Positions 8,569 to 16,832 of a DNA stretch of 54,870 bases are shown piece after piece (positions within the stretch are counted from its first letter, which is position 1; every line of letters begins with the position of its first letter). The DNA lies in contig JACPHU010000023.1 of NCBI GenBank assembly GCA_016188495.1, positions 1 to 54,870 on the forward strand, given 5' to 3'. The position numbers and the translations under genes are program-made. The notes under the pieces are model-generated. The model had not been told where the DNA came from, did not search any database, and worked only from the letters and a program-made list of their open reading frames with translations. Source of the DNA: Candidatus Uhrbacteria bacterium (GTDB lineage Bacteria > Patescibacteriota > Patescibacteriia > UBA9934 > GWF2-40-263).

Positions 8569-8682
8569 GGGTGAGCCCTGCTCGCCCCTTTTCTCAACAA
8601 GTGGAAATTTCTCAACTTGTTGAGGTGAAGAGAAATGAAAAATATGCGCCAGATACCATAAACACCGGAGGAACACGTAGTG
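8569..8682 (+). repeat. structured intergenic cassette, copy D
   Basis: hp1 is GGGTGAGC (8569-8576) / GCTCGCCC (8580-8587), followed by CTTTTCTCAAC. hp2 is CTCAACAAGT (8593-8602) / ACTTGTTGAG (8615-8624). Then come GTGAAGAGAA, GGAGG RBS and GTG 8680. Confidence 0.6.
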
Positions 8683-9747
8683 CCTCAAAATATCATGTAC
8701 ATCGGCGAATTCGGAAATGATCCGGATGAAGAAAGTTCCCTTCTGTTTTTATTGGGTTTGGTCAGACTCAAACTCGTGAAGCTGCTTGCAGTCATTGCCA
8801 ATCGTTCTCCCGCGATCATGCGGGCGCGTCTGGCCAAAGGAACCTTGGAGATGCTCGGTTTTCCACAGATTCCCGTTATTCAAGGCACAGACTGCGGACA
8901 ACATCGCCAGGAGGATGACCGCATCCAATTTGCGGCCACGTATCTGAGCGACGCGCCAGAATTTCCCAAATTGGATGCCTTCTGGGACTTGCTTTCCCAG
9001 GCACAGGATCATTCTGTTGCTCTCGTGTGTGCATCGGGCCTGACAGATATCGCTCTGCTTCTGGCTCGCAACACCACACACTCCAAAGAACGACTGCGTC
9101 TGTTCAAACAAAAAATCGCCCGAGTCTCAATCATGGGAGGGGTGGTCAACGATCAGAATCAAATCCTTCTGGATGAAGATGGTCGGGTGATGCCTTCGTG
9201 GGATGCGACCAACAATCAGCACGACCGCATCGCCGAGTACGTGTATACGCAACTCCAGCGAATGGAAATCGAACTGATTGTTGTGACCAAACAGGCAGCG
9301 TATGCCGCACCTGTCCCACGCGAAATGTATCGGAACCTCGCCCGTCGGCATCATCCGGTGGGCGTGAGACTCGAACGCATCCAAAAAGGAATGATCCAAC
9401 ATCTGTGGTGGAGATGTAATCTTCCACCTGAATCCCCTGCACGAGATGGTCTTCCGCCGGAGTTGGGAACCCAGTGGTTCTCCAATGCCTTCTGCCGAGG
9501 GAAAAACCTTTCAAACATAAAACCGACGGACGAAATCTGGGAATATGTTGAGGTATTCAACCTCTATGATCCGATGGCTGTCATGGCGGCCATCCCGGAA
9601 ATCTCTGGGCAACATTTCGATCCGATCTTGATAAATGGAGGAAAAGTACAGGTAATCGGCATGAACCGTCAGTACCATCAAGTCTCTAAACCAGCAAAGA
9701 CGGCTGGCTTCCTGGAAGCCGGTATGCTCAGAGGGTTATTAAAATAA
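8680..9747 (+). CDS. IUNH-fold nucleoside hydrolase-like protein with a degenerate N-terminal Asp cluster
   Basis: YIGEFGNDPDEESSLLFL (the first Asp of DxDxxxDD is replaced), CASGLTDIALLLA, VSIMGGVV, ATNNQHDRIAEYVY and LYDPMAVMAAI follow the IUNH block order. Confidence 0.55.
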   Translation: MPQNIMYIGEFGNDPDEESSLLFLLGLVRLKLVKLLAVIANRSPAIMRARLAKGTLEMLGFPQIPVIQGTDCGQHRQEDDRIQFAATYLSDAPEFPKLDAFWDLLSQAQDHSVALVCASGLTDIALLLARNTTHSKERLRLFKQKIARVSIMGGVVNDQNQILLDEDGRVMPSWDATNNQHDRIAEYVYTQLQRMEIELIVVTKQAAYAAPVPREMYRNLARRHHPVGVRLERIQKGMIQHLWWRCNLPPESPARDGLPPELGTQWFSNAFCRGKNLSNIKPTDEIWEYVEVFNLYDPMAVMAAIPEISGQHFDPILINGGKVQVIGMNRQYHQVSKPAKTAGFLEAGMLRGLLK

Positions 9748-9904
9748 CACCCCCCGCGAGCCAAGTTGACGGGGTATTTACTCTGAAGGAATAAACGCTC
9801 CCCTGATACTCTCAGGGGCTATTACGCGAGAGAGTGAAAGAATTCATTTCGCTCCCTCACTAAGTAGTCAATGAATCGTTCTTTAAACAAACAAGGAGCA
9901 ACGT

Positions 9905-11929
9905 ATGAGTGTCTCGATTCAGAAAGTACAAGGTCGTCAAAAAAGTTTAGGATTTGCCCGCGTAGCAGCGGCCACGTTCTGGACCAAGCCGATGGGTGTA
10001 TCCGAAAATCTCGAGAAACATTGGGAGATGGCACAGTGTGTCGACGATGAACATATTCAGCTGATGGCGTTTCCAGAACTCGGACTATCCGGCTACGGGT
10101 GTCGCAATGCGTTTCGCGAACGCGCCCTTCAAATCGCTTCTCTGGAGGCTCTACAGGAATTCTGTGGTCTTACCAAAACCAGCACGGCCACCTTTGTTCT
10201 GGGATTGCCTTTGGCACTCAATCGTCTATTCAATGTGGCAGCGGTTGTCAATCAAGGTCGTGTCATCGCCTTCATCCCGAAAAGCTTCCTCGCTGCTCGC
10301 AGTGAATGGCAAGAGGACGAATGGTTTTCCCCCGCAAGCGAACTCCAGACCAATCAAGTGAAACTTCCTTGGCAAGACGAACCCGTTCCTATCGGCACGG
10401 ATATTCTCATATCGGTATGCGGTAAGGATGCAGAAGAACAATTTATCATGGGAGTAGAGATCTGCGAGGATGGTTGGCAGGCCAACTCCCCTGGAGACCG
10501 TCATGCGCACAACGGCGCAACGGTCATCGTGAATCTCTCAGCATCCAACTGGGTACTTGGAAAAGACCAATGGCGTCTGATTCAATTCCCTGCCAACTCC
10601 GGTCGCCAGAAGTCCGCTTATATCTATGTGACAATGGCAGGCGACTCGACCTCCAGCGTTGTGTGGGATGGACAATGTTTTATCGCTGAGGATGGGAACA
10701 TTCTTGCACAGACGACGCGTTGGAAAAAACCCAGGGAAAGTGAGCTCATCACGACGGACGTCGATATTCAGAAACTTCACCATGATCGCGAGATGGACGG
10801 TGGATGGGGAGAAGCAACACGCCTGAATCAGCATCCATACAGACAAGTTCAAGCGAACGTGCGTTCTTGGGAAGTCGACAATCTGCGTCGACCGCTTCCT
10901 CGTTTGCCTTTTGTTCCCAAAGATCCAAACGTCATGCGCAAAGTGGGTGAAGAGCTGTTCAATGCTCTGGCCCAGGGCGTGATCGGACGTCTGTGGCACG
11001 TTGGCAAAGGCCAGCCGTTTGATGCCTACATGGGACTCTCTGGCGGACTGGATTCCGCGCTTGCCTTCCTGGTGAGCGTTTATGCCTACGACCAGATGGG
11101 GTGGAATCGCAAACACCTGCATGCCGTGCGACTGCCGGGACCTGCTTCTGGCAAACGGACGCAGGACAATTCCCTCAAGCTTGCCAAAGCTCTGGGAACC
11201 GGGATCCATACGGCGAACATCACTCGTCTGGCGACCCAGGCTCTGCGCGACGCGGGACACGAGCCTTGTTGGCAATGTTTGCAATGCGAAAACGCCCAGG
11301 CGCGAGCCAGGACGTATATTCTCAAAACGATGGGGTTTAATCTCGGAACCGGGGATATGAGCGAGGCGGCCAAGGGCTGGTGTACCGAAGGCGGTGATCA
11401 ATCCAGTCACTTTCACGTCATTGCAAACATCCCCAAGACGCTCGTGCGATATCTGGTCAGGTACTACATCGAGCATCTGGCAGGTGATGTGAAAACAAAA
11501 AAGACGCTCGAAAGCATCCTCAACACGCTCATTTCGCCAGAGCTCGTGAAGGTCGAACCTGGCCAGCAGATCCAGTCCTCTGAAGATAAAGTCGGCCCTT
11601 ATGAGCTGACAGACTTCTTCATGAACCACATGCTGCGAACAGGGGCGGATCCTGCAAGGATCGCATTCCTGGCCAAAATCGCCTTCAGTCGCAAGGAGTC
11701 TGAGGGAGATATCGTCTATGACTCTGCAACCATCCTCAAATGGCTGCGAGACTTCTATGTCCAGTTCGGCAGAGCACAGTTCAAAAGAAATGCGAGTCCG
11801 GATTTTGTCCTCGTCGCTACTCTGGGACTTGGTGCACACGACAAGTGGCGCTGGCCTTCTGATGGTTCCATGCAAATATGGACGGATGAAGTAGAACTTC
11901 TCCAGGAAATAGAGAAGAACAGCGACTGA
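9905..11929 (+). CDS. nadE: glutamine-dependent NAD+ synthetase (CN-hydrolase domain + NAD synthase domain)
   Basis: N-terminal FPELGLSGYGC and VEICEDGW (nitrilase-type Glu and Cys). C-terminal GLSGGLDSA PP-loop. 674 aa. Confidence 0.85.
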   Translation: MSVSIQKVQGRQKSLGFARVAAATFWTKPMGVSENLEKHWEMAQCVDDEHIQLMAFPELGLSGYGCRNAFRERALQIASLEALQEFCGLTKTSTATFVLGLPLALNRLFNVAAVVNQGRVIAFIPKSFLAARSEWQEDEWFSPASELQTNQVKLPWQDEPVPIGTDILISVCGKDAEEQFIMGVEICEDGWQANSPGDRHAHNGATVIVNLSASNWVLGKDQWRLIQFPANSGRQKSAYIYVTMAGDSTSSVVWDGQCFIAEDGNILAQTTRWKKPRESELITTDVDIQKLHHDREMDGGWGEATRLNQHPYRQVQANVRSWEVDNLRRPLPRLPFVPKDPNVMRKVGEELFNALAQGVIGRLWHVGKGQPFDAYMGLSGGLDSALAFLVSVYAYDQMGWNRKHLHAVRLPGPASGKRTQDNSLKLAKALGTGIHTANITRLATQALRDAGHEPCWQCLQCENAQARARTYILKTMGFNLGTGDMSEAAKGWCTEGGDQSSHFHVIANIPKTLVRYLVRYYIEHLAGDVKTKKTLESILNTLISPELVKVEPGQQIQSSEDKVGPYELTDFFMNHMLRTGADPARIAFLAKIAFSRKESEGDIVYDSATILKWLRDFYVQFGRAQFKRNASPDFVLVATLGLGAHDKWRWPSDGSMQIWTDEVELLQEIEKNSD

Positions 11930-11943
11930 TCATGAAAGAATCA

Positions 11944-11972
11944 ACCGCTCACACACGTGTGAGCGGTTTTTA
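11944..11972. terminator. bidirectional intrinsic terminator between convergent nadE and dtd
   Basis: ACCGCTCACA (11944-11953) / TGTGAGCGGT (11958-11967) followed by TTTTTAT. Confidence 0.7.
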
Positions 11973-12416
11973 TATATCCAAAATAATGGTCGTAGGACCG
12001 TCATTGATAAGAGCGACTTCCATCATCTGACCAAACCTCCCTGTCTCTACGGTGATTCCAAGTGTTCGAATCTTCTCAATCACCGCTTCATAAAACGGGA
12101 TAGCCTTTTCAGGACGGGCCGAGGTAATGAAACTCGGACGGTTTCCCTCAGAGCAATCCCCATAGAGAGTAAACTGGGAAACCAAAAGAATCGAGCCCTC
12201 TATATCCTGGACGCTGCGCGACATTTTCCCTTCTTCATTTTCAAAAATACGAAGCTGTACAAGCTTCCGCGCCATTTTTTCAATCTTATCTTCGGTATCA
12301 TCCTGATGAATCGCTAAAAACACCAGCAACCCCTGGCTAATGGATCCAACCATTTCCCCCTCAACTCTGACAGAAGCTTGTTTCACTCGTTGTATGACTG
12401 CGCGCATAGTCTTCAT
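11970..12416 (-). CDS. dtd: D-aminoacyl-tRNA deacylase
   Basis: MRAVIQRVKQASVRVEGEMVGSISQGLLVFLAI... is the typical Dtd N-terminus. 148 aa. Confidence 0.85.
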   Translation of the reverse strand: MKTMRAVIQRVKQASVRVEGEMVGSISQGLLVFLAIHQDDTEDKIEKMARKLVQLRIFENEEGKMSRSVQDIEGSILLVSQFTLYGDCSEGNRPSFITSARPEKAIPFYEAVIEKIRTLGITVETGRFGQMMEVALINDGPTTIILDI

Positions 12417-12427
12417 TTCTTATATTT

Positions 12428-13171
12428 TTAAAAATCTGCACCATGCTTCTCACGAAAATCCACCGCATTTGGTAGTGATGATGGTTGTGCGAGGCTGACA
12501 AATGAAGGCAGATTAGCCACAATTTCTTTCCATGCATCTTCTATTTCTTCCAAAGAAGATTTTCGTTGTGTTGTAAATGAAATACTTGATGGTTCCACAT
12601 CCAGCACAACACCTTTTTTCGTTAATGCCTGAACAAATTCAGAAGAAGGAATAAAATCTTTCAGAAAATCTTCTTGAAAACTAATTCGTTGTTCTCCCTC
12701 AATTCCATAAAATCCTGATTCCCATGTGGAATAACCCTTTTGACGAAGAGTGCTGATAGCAGCTCGTACTTGAGGTTCAATGTTTTCAATATACGTTCCA
12801 AGAGCAAGCTCTTCTGGTGTCGGTTGCGGATCTTTCAATAAACGCTGTTCTAAATCTTCTTCCATTTTACTCAATGTTGAGTTGCGTAATACGGCAAAAT
12901 AACGAAAATGGTCAAGTTGTTCTTGACTTAAACCATATCGTTTACAAAGCACTTCTCTTTCTGCCTCAGTTCCAGAAACAAGAATTTGTTCAATAATTTG
13001 ATGATTTCCTAAATCCTTTATCGCCTCACCCCCAGAAGACTCCGGGCGAGATACCGACTGACAGAGATGACACGTACCTGAAAAATTTCCATGGTCACAC
13101 ATTTCTGTTCTTCGGTCTACAAAACCTTCTTCTTTTAACATACGCTTATCTTTATTTCTAAAAAGACTCAA
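12428..13171 (-). CDS. hypothetical protein (N-terminal Cys/His cluster CDHGNFSGTCHLC)
   Basis: 247-aa ORF in AT-rich backbone composition. I recognised no family. Confidence 0.4.
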   Translation of the reverse strand: MSLFRNKDKRMLKEEGFVDRRTEMCDHGNFSGTCHLCQSVSRPESSGGEAIKDLGNHQIIEQILVSGTEAEREVLCKRYGLSQEQLDHFRYFAVLRNSTLSKMEEDLEQRLLKDPQPTPEELALGTYIENIEPQVRAAISTLRQKGYSTWESGFYGIEGEQRISFQEDFLKDFIPSSEFVQALTKKGVVLDVEPSSISFTTQRKSSLEEIEDAWKEIVANLPSFVSLAQPSSLPNAVDFREKHGADF

Positions 13172-13216
13172 ACAAGTATATCAAAAAACCTGAACGGTTA
13201 AGTTCAGGCTAAGGTT

Positions 13217-14833
13217 TTAGGTTGTCATGAGCTCATCAATGGGATTATTCCCTTCGAGCTCCATACGATCAAGAACATCGCTCAAACGCCAGATCTGGAC
13301 GTCTTTGATGTCCATATATTGTGTCCGAGTTCCAACCAGATCTCCTATGTCCGTGATTCCCATAGGGTCCACAAACATCGCGAGACGTTCTACCAAACTG
13401 GTCAGATAATTGGCAAGATACTGCGCACGCAGTTCTACATCCAGTGCCTTGCCATTATTGGCCACGCCTGAGGGACACTCGCCTGCCTTATGGCACAAAC
13501 CGGCTGCAATACAGCCAAGGGCATACTTGGCTCCTCGAGCGGTCACGACCGCATCAGCTCCCAAAGCCATAGCGCGAGCTATGTGATCGGCCTGAAAAAG
13601 CTGTCCGGAAGCAATCAGTTTTACCCGATCGCGCAGATGATATTTACGCAAAAGAAGATCTGCAATTTGAAGGGCATCCAGAAGCGGAAGAGCTGCTTGG
13701 CCGAACACTTCCATATAGGCTGAACCCGTTCCCCCTTCGCCCCCATCAATCTGGATCGCGTCGGGGGCACCTTCCGGATAAAGAGAGATGGCAGAGCACA
13801 GCCGATCAAATTCCTTCACGGAACCGACGGCCATTTTGAAGGTAACGGGCTTGCCTGTGGCTTCCCGTATTTGCTCAATGAACCGCACCAAACCTTCTTC
13901 ACCGACAAAAGCCGTGTGGACACCAGACCCCACACAATCCCGATCCATGGGAATACCGCGGATCTGAGCGATCTCGGAGGTGATTTTCTCCTTCGGAAGG
14001 TTACCGCTATGTCCGGCTTTGGCTCCCTGAGATCCCTTGATCTGGATGGATCGTATCTGAGGATACTGACGGATTTTTTCAATCAGTGCATCCAAAGAAA
14101 ACGTTCCTTCCAGAGTCCGACATCCGAAATATCCAGTACCGAACTGGAACTCGATCTGGCACAGTTCGCCACCAGCTACGTGATAGGAAGCAATGCTCCC
14201 CTCACCTGTATTGACGATGGCTCCGGCTCGGGCCGCACCGATAGAAATGGCTTTAACCGCTTGGGGAGTCAGCGTCCCAAGAGCCATACCTGAGACTCCC
14301 AGAAGAGGTCTTTTGTGGAACACTTCCCCTTCACCAATCACGACGCCGCGGGAAATGGACTTAACGAGTTCACCTCGGTTATCCCTGGGTCGCAACGTAC
14401 GGGTACGGCGCACCATGACGCCTCTGCGGTTAAGATCCATTCCGGATTTATGGCTTTCCACAGCCAAATCTCCATGAGCCAGACTCTGAACGTTTTCCTG
14501 ATCGCGCCTGGAGGTTCCGATACGTTTATCCGGCTCGGCGTAATAATCTCGGCCCTTGGGACCCGACCACTCGCCAAACTCACGAATACTGGCAAGCTGT
14601 CCATAAAGTTGATAGATCGAATGCCGTTTTTGAAGACGGCAATAGACCTCAAAAACAGCCATACCAGAGAGATGTCCTGCCAAAAAAATCGGAGTGAGAT
14701 ACTTGAACGGATCAAAACTCTTGTTGAAAAGAGCGGTGACCACAAGGATCAAAAGGGTCAAACCCCAGAAAATCCCCAGGACCAGTCCATGAAGCTTGAG
14801 CATCCTGAAACGCTCGCCATTTCCCTTTGCCAC
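13217..14833 (-). CDS. FMN-binding glutamate synthase family protein (GltB domain-2-like), membrane-anchored
   Basis: N-terminal TM helices, then GSQGAKAGHSGNLPKEK and IQIDGGEGGTGSA motifs typical of glutamate-synthase-related FMN domains. Confidence 0.7.
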   Translation of the reverse strand: MAKGNGERFRMLKLHGLVLGIFWGLTLLILVVTALFNKSFDPFKYLTPIFLAGHLSGMAVFEVYCRLQKRHSIYQLYGQLASIREFGEWSGPKGRDYYAEPDKRIGTSRRDQENVQSLAHGDLAVESHKSGMDLNRRGVMVRRTRTLRPRDNRGELVKSISRGVVIGEGEVFHKRPLLGVSGMALGTLTPQAVKAISIGAARAGAIVNTGEGSIASYHVAGGELCQIEFQFGTGYFGCRTLEGTFSLDALIEKIRQYPQIRSIQIKGSQGAKAGHSGNLPKEKITSEIAQIRGIPMDRDCVGSGVHTAFVGEEGLVRFIEQIREATGKPVTFKMAVGSVKEFDRLCSAISLYPEGAPDAIQIDGGEGGTGSAYMEVFGQAALPLLDALQIADLLLRKYHLRDRVKLIASGQLFQADHIARAMALGADAVVTARGAKYALGCIAAGLCHKAGECPSGVANNGKALDVELRAQYLANYLTSLVERLAMFVDPMGITDIGDLVGTRTQYMDIKDVQIWRLSDVLDRMELEGNNPIDELMTT

Positions 14834-15018
14834 ATCAGCCTCCTTTGGTGAAATTTGCTAAAAGATGGACAGGAGAGAATACCAGAAAAATCCGGTTCTG
14901 TCAATCAATTAGACTCTAAAAACACAAATAAAAATAATCTTTTTTGGAGTTTATTCCAATAAAAACCGCATCTGCGATTCTTGGCTCAAAGAGTCAAGTC
15001 ATCGGATGCGGTTTGAGA

Positions 15019-15915
15019 TCAAAACGTGATGTCGCCCGGGTCTTTCCATGCATCGGGACGGACCACTACACTGCACAGCGGCTGCGAAAGCCCAGGCTGC
15101 ACGAACACGACGAGAAAACTCTCATCGATCACGAGGTTGGGCTTGGGCGCATTGTAGCACTCGAGGGTTACCATCCCAGCGAATGCGTCCTCCGCTTTGG
15201 CCCCGAGGTGATTCATGCGCAGCTTGAACTGCTGCAGTGCCTGGCTCAGCCAGGCTCGTGTGCCATCATCGAGGAAGGTATACATCTCCAGAAGCCAGGA
15301 GACATCCACATCGACGTCGAGATCCACCATGGGGAAATGAACACCACCGAAATCATAAAATCTCTTGGTTTCGAAAAAAATCTCGTCCACCTGAGCTGCA
15401 AGATCGAAGGCATCCAAATCCTGGTTGAACTTCGTAAGGTGCACGAGGACATCGCTCTGGGTAGAGAGCGTGACAATCGGTTCACTATGTCGCCTGGAGA
15501 CACTAAACGCGACGTTGGTCTGACGCAAGTGCCGTTCATATTCAATCAGCGCCCCAGGATAGGTTTCACCATTAGCCCCGTTGAGCGGCAACGACACACC
15601 CGGCACGATCCACGGAGCTCCAACCTTCATGATTGCCGCGAACCCGAACGTATCGGGTCCAAACGGCTGAAGCTCGATAGTCATGCCGTTGCGCTTCAGA
15701 AAGGCGTTAATGATGTCCGCCTCCCAGGAGACCTCGGTTTCTATCCCCTTGATGAGGTTGTTCCCCCGTCGCGTGATCGAAAAAATCTCCTGAAGCAGTC
15801 TCCTCTGCAACCTGTTCACACTGTACCAGGTACGGTTCGGGCCCAAAATCTTTTCCTCCGCAGCGAGAAGAGCTGCGGTCATAGCCCGGAAGGCAGAAAC
15901 ATACGATTTGGACAT
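15019..15915 (-). CDS. hypothetical protein with a weak serpin-like C-terminal pattern
   Basis: The 298-aa minus-strand ORF is preferred over the overlapping plus-strand ORF. FKLRMNHLGAKAEDAFAGMVTLE...IDESFLVVFVQ loosely resembles the serpin hinge/RCL and PFLF region. It is too short for a canonical serpin. Confidence 0.3.
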   Translation of the reverse strand: MSKSYVSAFRAMTAALLAAEEKILGPNRTWYSVNRLQRRLLQEIFSITRRGNNLIKGIETEVSWEADIINAFLKRNGMTIELQPFGPDTFGFAAIMKVGAPWIVPGVSLPLNGANGETYPGALIEYERHLRQTNVAFSVSRRHSEPIVTLSTQSDVLVHLTKFNQDLDAFDLAAQVDEIFFETKRFYDFGGVHFPMVDLDVDVDVSWLLEMYTFLDDGTRAWLSQALQQFKLRMNHLGAKAEDAFAGMVTLECYNAPKPNLVIDESFLVVFVQPGLSQPLCSVVVRPDAWKDPGDITF

Positions 15916-15992
15916 TTTTTATCCTCCTGTGAAGAACGTGAACGGAGGCAACATTACCTCGTGTTTATGCAACTTGTATAAGCAACACAAAC

Positions 15993-16033
15993 AAAAATTA
16001 ACGTTATCCTAAATTTAGGATAAAAAAATTAAC
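15993..16033. promoter_or_regulatory. operator-like site: 18-nt perfect palindrome flanked by direct repeats
   Basis: TATCCTAAATTTAGGATA (16005-22) is flanked by AAAAATTAAC at 15993-16002 and 16024-16033, in the AT-rich spacer upstream of the 15915 start. Confidence 0.35.
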
Positions 16034-16076
16034 ACATTTTATTATATCTGTCAATTGTTTATAACAAAAATGTTTT

Positions 16077-16104
16077 AACAAAAAAGACAGATGAATATCT
16101 GTCT
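16077..16104 (-). terminator. intrinsic terminator of the GNAT gene
   Basis: AGACAGAT (16085-92) / ATCTGTCT (16097-104), with a T-run on the minus strand. Confidence 0.55.
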
Positions 16105-16655
16105 TAAGGCGTTGGGATAGCTCCCGAGAGAATGACGCGCTGATCTGGAACCGATTGTTCAATACCATCAATCCATTTCAACGAAGTGACTTGCTGAACA
16201 CAAACGGTCTGGAATCCATAGATGTTGCGGTAAAGATCTTGAACGATCTTTTGTTGAAGAGAGGTTCGAACGACGGCTCGACGAAATCCGAGACTCCATC
16301 CTAGATTCAAGCGAGCTTGAGTTAACTGTCTCCCAATTCCATGCTCGCGCTTGTGAAGTGCCACGAATAGTTCTGCCATGTAGAGGCTCTCTGTTTCCTG
16401 CACGCCAGCCAACTCGAGTACATCGGATTTGCGCGAAAGCGAAAACGCAATCGCGCCTCCCACAATCTCTTGGCTTGATCCTTCTTCGCAAGCCACCAAA
16501 AAGATAGTTTCCTTCCAAGAAGCTATCTCTTCAAACTCGCGTTGAAGTTCGCATACATCAAAACGCTCATGCCAAGGCGGTTCTGCAAAACAAGCCTGAT
16601 ACAGATCAAGAACACGAACCATATCCGAACAAGGATCAAAAGAACGAATCGTCAT
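16104..16655 (-). CDS. GNAT family N-acetyltransferase
   Basis: ELFVALHKREHGIGRQLTQ is an acetyl-CoA-binding Q/RxxGxG/A-type motif. Start at ATG 16655 with GGGAGG RBS. The longer ORF would overlap the upstream terminator. Confidence 0.65.
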   Translation of the reverse strand: MTIRSFDPCSDMVRVLDLYQACFAEPPWHERFDVCELQREFEEIASWKETIFLVACEEGSSQEIVGGAIAFSLSRKSDVLELAGVQETESLYMAELFVALHKREHGIGRQLTQARLNLGWSLGFRRAVVRTSLQQKIVQDLYRNIYGFQTVCVQQVTSLKWIDGIEQSVPDQRVILSGAIPTP

Positions 16656-16680
16656 AGCAACCTCCCGTGTGTGTTGAAAC

Positions 16681-16716
16681 AAAAAAGACGCCTCCAAAAG
16701 GAGACGTCTTTTTTTA
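16681..16716 (-). terminator. intrinsic (bidirectional-looking) terminator downstream of the FMN reductase gene
   Basis: AAGACGCCTCC (16685-95) / GGAGACGTCTT (16700-10) with one mismatch, flanked by A6 and T7 runs. Confidence 0.6.
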
Positions 16717-16832
16717 TTGATACAACAAAATCTTACGACGTCTCCAAAGAAGCGCCGCGATGATGGATTTGGTTGTTGTTTTGAATAAGATTCATATCAA
16801 CAGTAAAAAACTAACAAGGAAACCTCTTCCTG

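Noticed and set aside
8593-8624. The cassette hairpins as integron attC sites. The stem CTCAAC...GTTGAG resembles the R''/R' cores, and the genes are co-directional cassettes.
   Set aside because: The RYYYAAC/GTTRRRY cores are not satisfied (TCTCAAC and GTTGAGG both fail at the degenerate positions). They are absent from copies A, B and C, and no intI integrase is present.
14944-15981. 345-aa plus-strand ORF overlapping the 298-aa minus-strand ORF.
   Set aside because: Its translation is His/Arg/Gly-rich with no start context. The minus-strand ORF has more protein-like composition, and its strand matches the neighbouring genes and the promoter-like AT-rich spacer.
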